The notes under the pieces: generated by a model
The model's input: the letters and a program-made list of their open reading frames with translations, nothing else
What the model was told of the DNA's origin: nothing
The model's database searches: none
Translations under genes and position numbers: made by a program
Shown here: piece after piece, positions 59,801 through 64,000 of the stretch
Position numbering within the stretch: position 1 is the stretch's first letter
Layout: the number at the start of each line of letters is the position of its first letter
Source of the DNA: Raillietiella orientalis
Taxonomy: Eukaryota
Direction: 5' to 3'
Length of the DNA stretch: 64,000 nt
Assembly (NCBI GenBank): GCA_036172245.1
Contig: JAYWIR010000018.1
Location: 496,001-560,000 of the forward strand

Positions 59801-62800
59801 GTACTACACTTGTCCCTAGGAAGCTTATTTCCCGAAGGTGTGAGTAGATTATACGGCGATGCTGCTCCGACTTCCGTCTTAAGTGCCTGCGCTTGGTAGC
59901 CAGAAGGAACGGAACACAGCAGCTACCCTTTTTCTGAAGTGGTGGACCACCGCACTGGTGCCAGTCTATCCAGTAAGTCTCTACTCCCCCACACTGTGTC
60001 TCGGAGCATCCTGTGTTCTTTTCAGCCGTAGAACCATCGTCCGCTCGCGAACCTATGCTCACTTGCTTTTTCCTCACTGCCCCTTTCCTTTGGGGTGTGT
60101 TCAGCGCGACATCTCTGCTTCACCCTGAGGACAACCCGCTAGAACTGCTTAGAGCGCTGCTTCATGCGCAACGGCCCATCGCCTGCCTGCCTGTTGCCGT
60201 CTCGGACTCCACGCTGCATTGCGTCGGGTGGGTGGCGGCGACTTAATACATGACAGAGTTGCGCCAGAAATGATGGGAGGGACATACACACTTCGCCTAT
60301 TCCATCCTGAAGTGGGTGGAGAAATGACCCCGTCTGGAACAAGGAATGAAGGAGGACGCCGTAGCTACAAGTTTTCAACTAACAATAATCTCATCTCAGT
60401 TTCCGTCCTCGATTAGGAAACTGCCTATGGACGCAGTTTGCAGAAGATGCAGCATCGTCATAACCGTTTGAACCTTTTTTCCGTTATTTATTTTTATCTA
60501 CGTCTTGTCTTCGCCTTCACATCGTTCTCGTCTTCCCACGCAGCCAGCCTGCGACGGCGACTCCCTCTCTTTCTGCCTTTCATAGGAACAAAATTCCTAT
60601 CTTTATTCTCTTTATACATAAACGCGCCTGCGTGACCGGGTGGAAAATTCCTTGGATCTTCCTCTGGTTTCCGTGTTCCGTTCCCACTTACAGGACGCGT
60701 GGAAACGGGAGGGGGAAAGAACTCTGACCCACGTCGGGATTTTCGCGCCCTCGGGAAAATGGTGATGAGTGAACGAAGAGCCAAGGAAAAGCACCGAAGC
60801 GGTTCTTCCTTGGAACTTCTCGCCCGCTTGCGAAAGTTCCCAAGGGGCAGCAACCAACCGGCGGCCGAATTTTCCATAGAAGCTGAGTTGTAGTAGCTTC
60901 TGCCGAAGAATCTGAACGATCACGGCGTATGAAACTCGAGACGCTGACCTGCGAACTCCTTGCCGTTTCTCGAAGAAATGGCGACGGAAAGCCTTCTGGA
61001 AAAGAAAGAGATCGATCTCAGGCATGCCCATATGCTCGATGCTGTGGAAAACCCTTCTTCCTTCTTCCCTTTCCTCCCTTCCCCCCCTTCCTTCACCCTG
61101 AAGACGCACACGCTGCACACACTCACCACTCTTGAATAGGAGCGTGCGCGCCCGTGCTGCCAAAATCTGCAGAAGAGACGCGTGTCCTCCGCTACACGCG
61201 CTTCGTTGTCGCCGTTGAGCCGCGCTCTCGCTCTCACAGATCGCCGGTTTCGTTGCTTTTTGGCGGCAAGAGAGGCGGAAGCATCGAGTGACCGACAAAC
61301 CGCTCTCTCGGAGGCATGCCGGGTCGGCGGTGTAACTGCCCGTAGCAGCTCTTTCCTCTCCTTCACCGCGAGCGTTGCGTGGGGTAGAAGGGAGGGGCAG
61401 AAGCGTGATGACGACTTCCGACAGCAGCAGGAGGAGCAGCGGCCGGCCAGCGAGAAAAGGCAAGGTCACTGGCTTTGGGGTCAACTCGAAGCTGACGAGG
61501 TCGAGAGCGTGCGATTCCTGACGTCGTACGAGCGGATAGACGGGGACGGAAAGGAACTCTCGCGGCGCCCTTCCCTCTCGGCTGCTTTGCCGTGCAGATG
61601 CTCCCTCCCTTCTGGGGCGTTGCTGGCCAGCCTCTCGTCTGCCGATAGCGAGACGTCTTCGAATCCCCCTTAACGGGGGATTCTGCCTCGTGTCTGATGA
61701 TGCTAGGAGCCTAAGTTTCGTCACACCTCAGCGTGCTGCTGATGGTTCCGTCGGCAGCGAGGAGAGCAAACTGTCTCCATTACCTTCAGTTTCCGCCACG
61801 CCCGGTGTCCCCCTCCACACTTTTGCGAGAGTTGCCCACTGTGTGCAAGTCTAGAAAGTTCTTGCCGGTCGCTCGAGGTGAGCAAACAAACCTTTGAGGA
61901 TCGTCCCAAAGACAATGTCGGAAGAGAGGTTTGGTGATGGATTGAGGAAGCTTCGTCCTTTGCGTTCCAGAGATGCAGGTAACGGGGCGCACAGCGCCCA
62001 CTTACAACTCGAGGTACGCATCTACCCTGCCAGTAGCCTTGGACACGGAAAAATAAGAAAAGAGAGAGAGAGAGAAAAAGGAAAGTTGTTGGCTTTCGCG
62101 AATTTCGACCGCCAGCTCTGCTGTTAAATCACTCGCAAGGGCTTCGAAACATTCGAATGCCGCATGTCGCAGATCTGCCGTCTCCAACGACGCCCATCTT
62201 CTCACTTCTTCCTTTCTCTCGTTGATCTCACGTGTTTCGACCGCGCCGACGAGGACCTGTCCATTGCTAGGCTCCTACGGAGGCATGGAGCACGCGCGCG
62301 CAGGTGAAAGCACCCGAGAAAAATTTGGTTGCCGATCTTTCTCAAGGATTAATGGCTCGGGGAGGCGAAGAGCGTCGAGCGACACCTGAGCGAGAGACCC
62401 TTTCCTCCCAAGATGCCGCCTCGCCTTCTGCAGAGGAGACTGACTCAGTTCCATTCACGTGGCGGATCACCCTGGAGCCTCTTCCGCGAAACGCGGACGC
62501 GAATTCTCTTTAGGCCTCTCAGCGAATTCCGTGGTGCAGATTCCTCCGGCTCAGGTGATGATGGATGAGCATTCTCCGCGGCACAGAGTCTGCGCCAAAG
62601 CCACGCTACTGTGACGAAGTGAATCTGTGCATGTGCACAGCGAGGGCTTCTCGCGACCAGAAATCCCGAGATTTCTTGTTGAGGCGGGAAACTTCAGCCC
62701 GATTGTCTTACGCCGTTTCAACACACGAGCACGCGTAACATACACGCATCACTTTTGCCCTTCGGTTGCCGGGGGATTTTTCAGCGGTGGCGGCAAGAAT

Positions 62801-63559
62801 TTTTTTTGACCTCCTTGACTCTCAGCTCCGGAAGTCCTTCGCCATCGCCGGCTCAGCAGTGCAGTTGGACCTGAGGTTACTTTTCCGGAGCGACGAAGAG
62901 CCCGGCAACACCTCAGGAAAAGCACACTTGTGCTCGCAGAGGGGCGGAGGCCCCTTGAACCTTCCTCGGGTCCCTCCCCACCCAGTTCCCTTATTCCCTC
63001 GCCTCTCCCGCTTAGGAAACCCCTCTGCGCACCAGTGGTTTCCTCCTTTCCAACCTCAGCTTCATTTTCTTCTTGCACCCCGTACCTCCTACATCCCTCC
63101 CCCAAGCTTTTGAAAACGGAAAACCTTTTCTCAGAGCAGATCATGTACCATGAAAATACGTCACGCTACAACCAAACGACAGTAGAACCAATGCTCCACT
63201 ATGCATGGAGAGCGCGGTTCGTAGTCCAAGCAGGAAGTCCAGAGATGCTGCACAACAGAGATAGGAATGTGATGCTTCTTACAAGTGTGCAGATTGCAAC
63301 TAATTTCCCATTTCTGAGTAAGGAAGGGGGAGGGAAGGAGGGCAGCATGCACGCACGCGCGGATGCATGCACGCGTGCACACACGTCAGGTGATCAAACC
63401 TTCAGATCGATAGTGGAATCATGAGCGTAACGCAGCCTCCCGCCAGAACCCAGCAAGGAACTGTAGTCGCCGCTGCCACGAATGACGAAGTTGCTTAGGA
63501 ACCATGAAGCGCAATGAGGCTCTCTCAGATTTGCAAGTGAAAAGGAGAGGCCGGCGAAG

Positions 63560-63832
63560 GAACAAGGTGGAACCGTCACTCAGGCAGCGATTTTCACGAA
63601 GCCAAACATCTCTGGCGGCGATCACATCCCTGATGCCCTTTTCGGGACGCATTTTCTGTAACCCATCAACCACAGGAGCTCGAAGAGAGGAGTGCTGAAG
63701 CGAATTTATTCGATTTTCCATGGAGCGACCACTTCGACGTCTTCCTTTGCCACATGGTGTGCAACCTCTGGGAATGAGAACACAGAAACATGGAGCTCGA
63801 AGGAGGCAGAGCATCTTCGAGTTACACTTCAC
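63560..63832 (-). mobile_element. Decayed RTE-like LINE RT remnant
   Basis: CVLIPRGC...MENRI...RPEKGIRDVIAA (cf. IPKKG...QxGFRxxRGTRDAI). Confidence 0.5.
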
Positions 63833-64000
63833 GCTCTGGGGGAAGCCTCAGTGAACGCGGACCACAGTCCGAGAGATGAATCTCTTGAGGAGACTGCCGT
63901 TTCGAACGTCTCATGCGCGCCTCCGCCCACGGCACTAGAAAAATGCAGGACAGAAGAGGAAGAGCGAGGATCGTGGAGGCAAAGGGCTGTTTGCTTTGCC

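Noticed and set aside
57600..61700. Further LINE-like echoes (e.g. KFLGKVLF on minus near 59400) and ORF 60612-61724
   Set aside because: Motif similarity too weak to delimit an element or support a gene.

Overview
This is eukaryotic (metazoan, probably protostome/arthropod-like) genomic DNA with spliceosomal genes, so most ORFs in the supplied track are spurious products of high GC. Four protein-coding genes can be reconstructed by eye with phase-consistent GT-AG junctions. (1) A 5-HT1-type serotonin GPCR (+, exons 2984-3227 and 5260-6247; the N-terminal/TM1 exon was not found in the window). (2) A divergent PWWP3/MUM1-like gene (-, about 23.4-18.5 kb). (3) F-actin capping protein beta (+, probable ATG-ending exon at 27184-27186, then 29824-31085). 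(4) A Ski/SnoN-family gene (-, 47384-32390, seven coding exons), convergent with capping protein beta. A solitary diverged 5S rRNA copy lies antisense in a Ski intron, and a 29-codon RPB11 C-terminal fragment is embedded in a decayed RTE-like LINE. Introns and intergenic DNA carry many heavily decayed non-LTR retrotransposon remnants. The window alternates between GC/CpG-rich DNA with (CG)n tracts and an AT-rich, CpG-poor block over the 5' halves of the two divergent genes. The most unusual signal is in the GPCR gene. Both exon starts have their splice-junction sequence duplicated 2.0-2.6 kb upstream (12-bp and 11-bp direct repeats), as expected if insertions with target-site duplications created or relocated the splice sites. 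All homology calls come from recognising motifs by eye; no searches were run.
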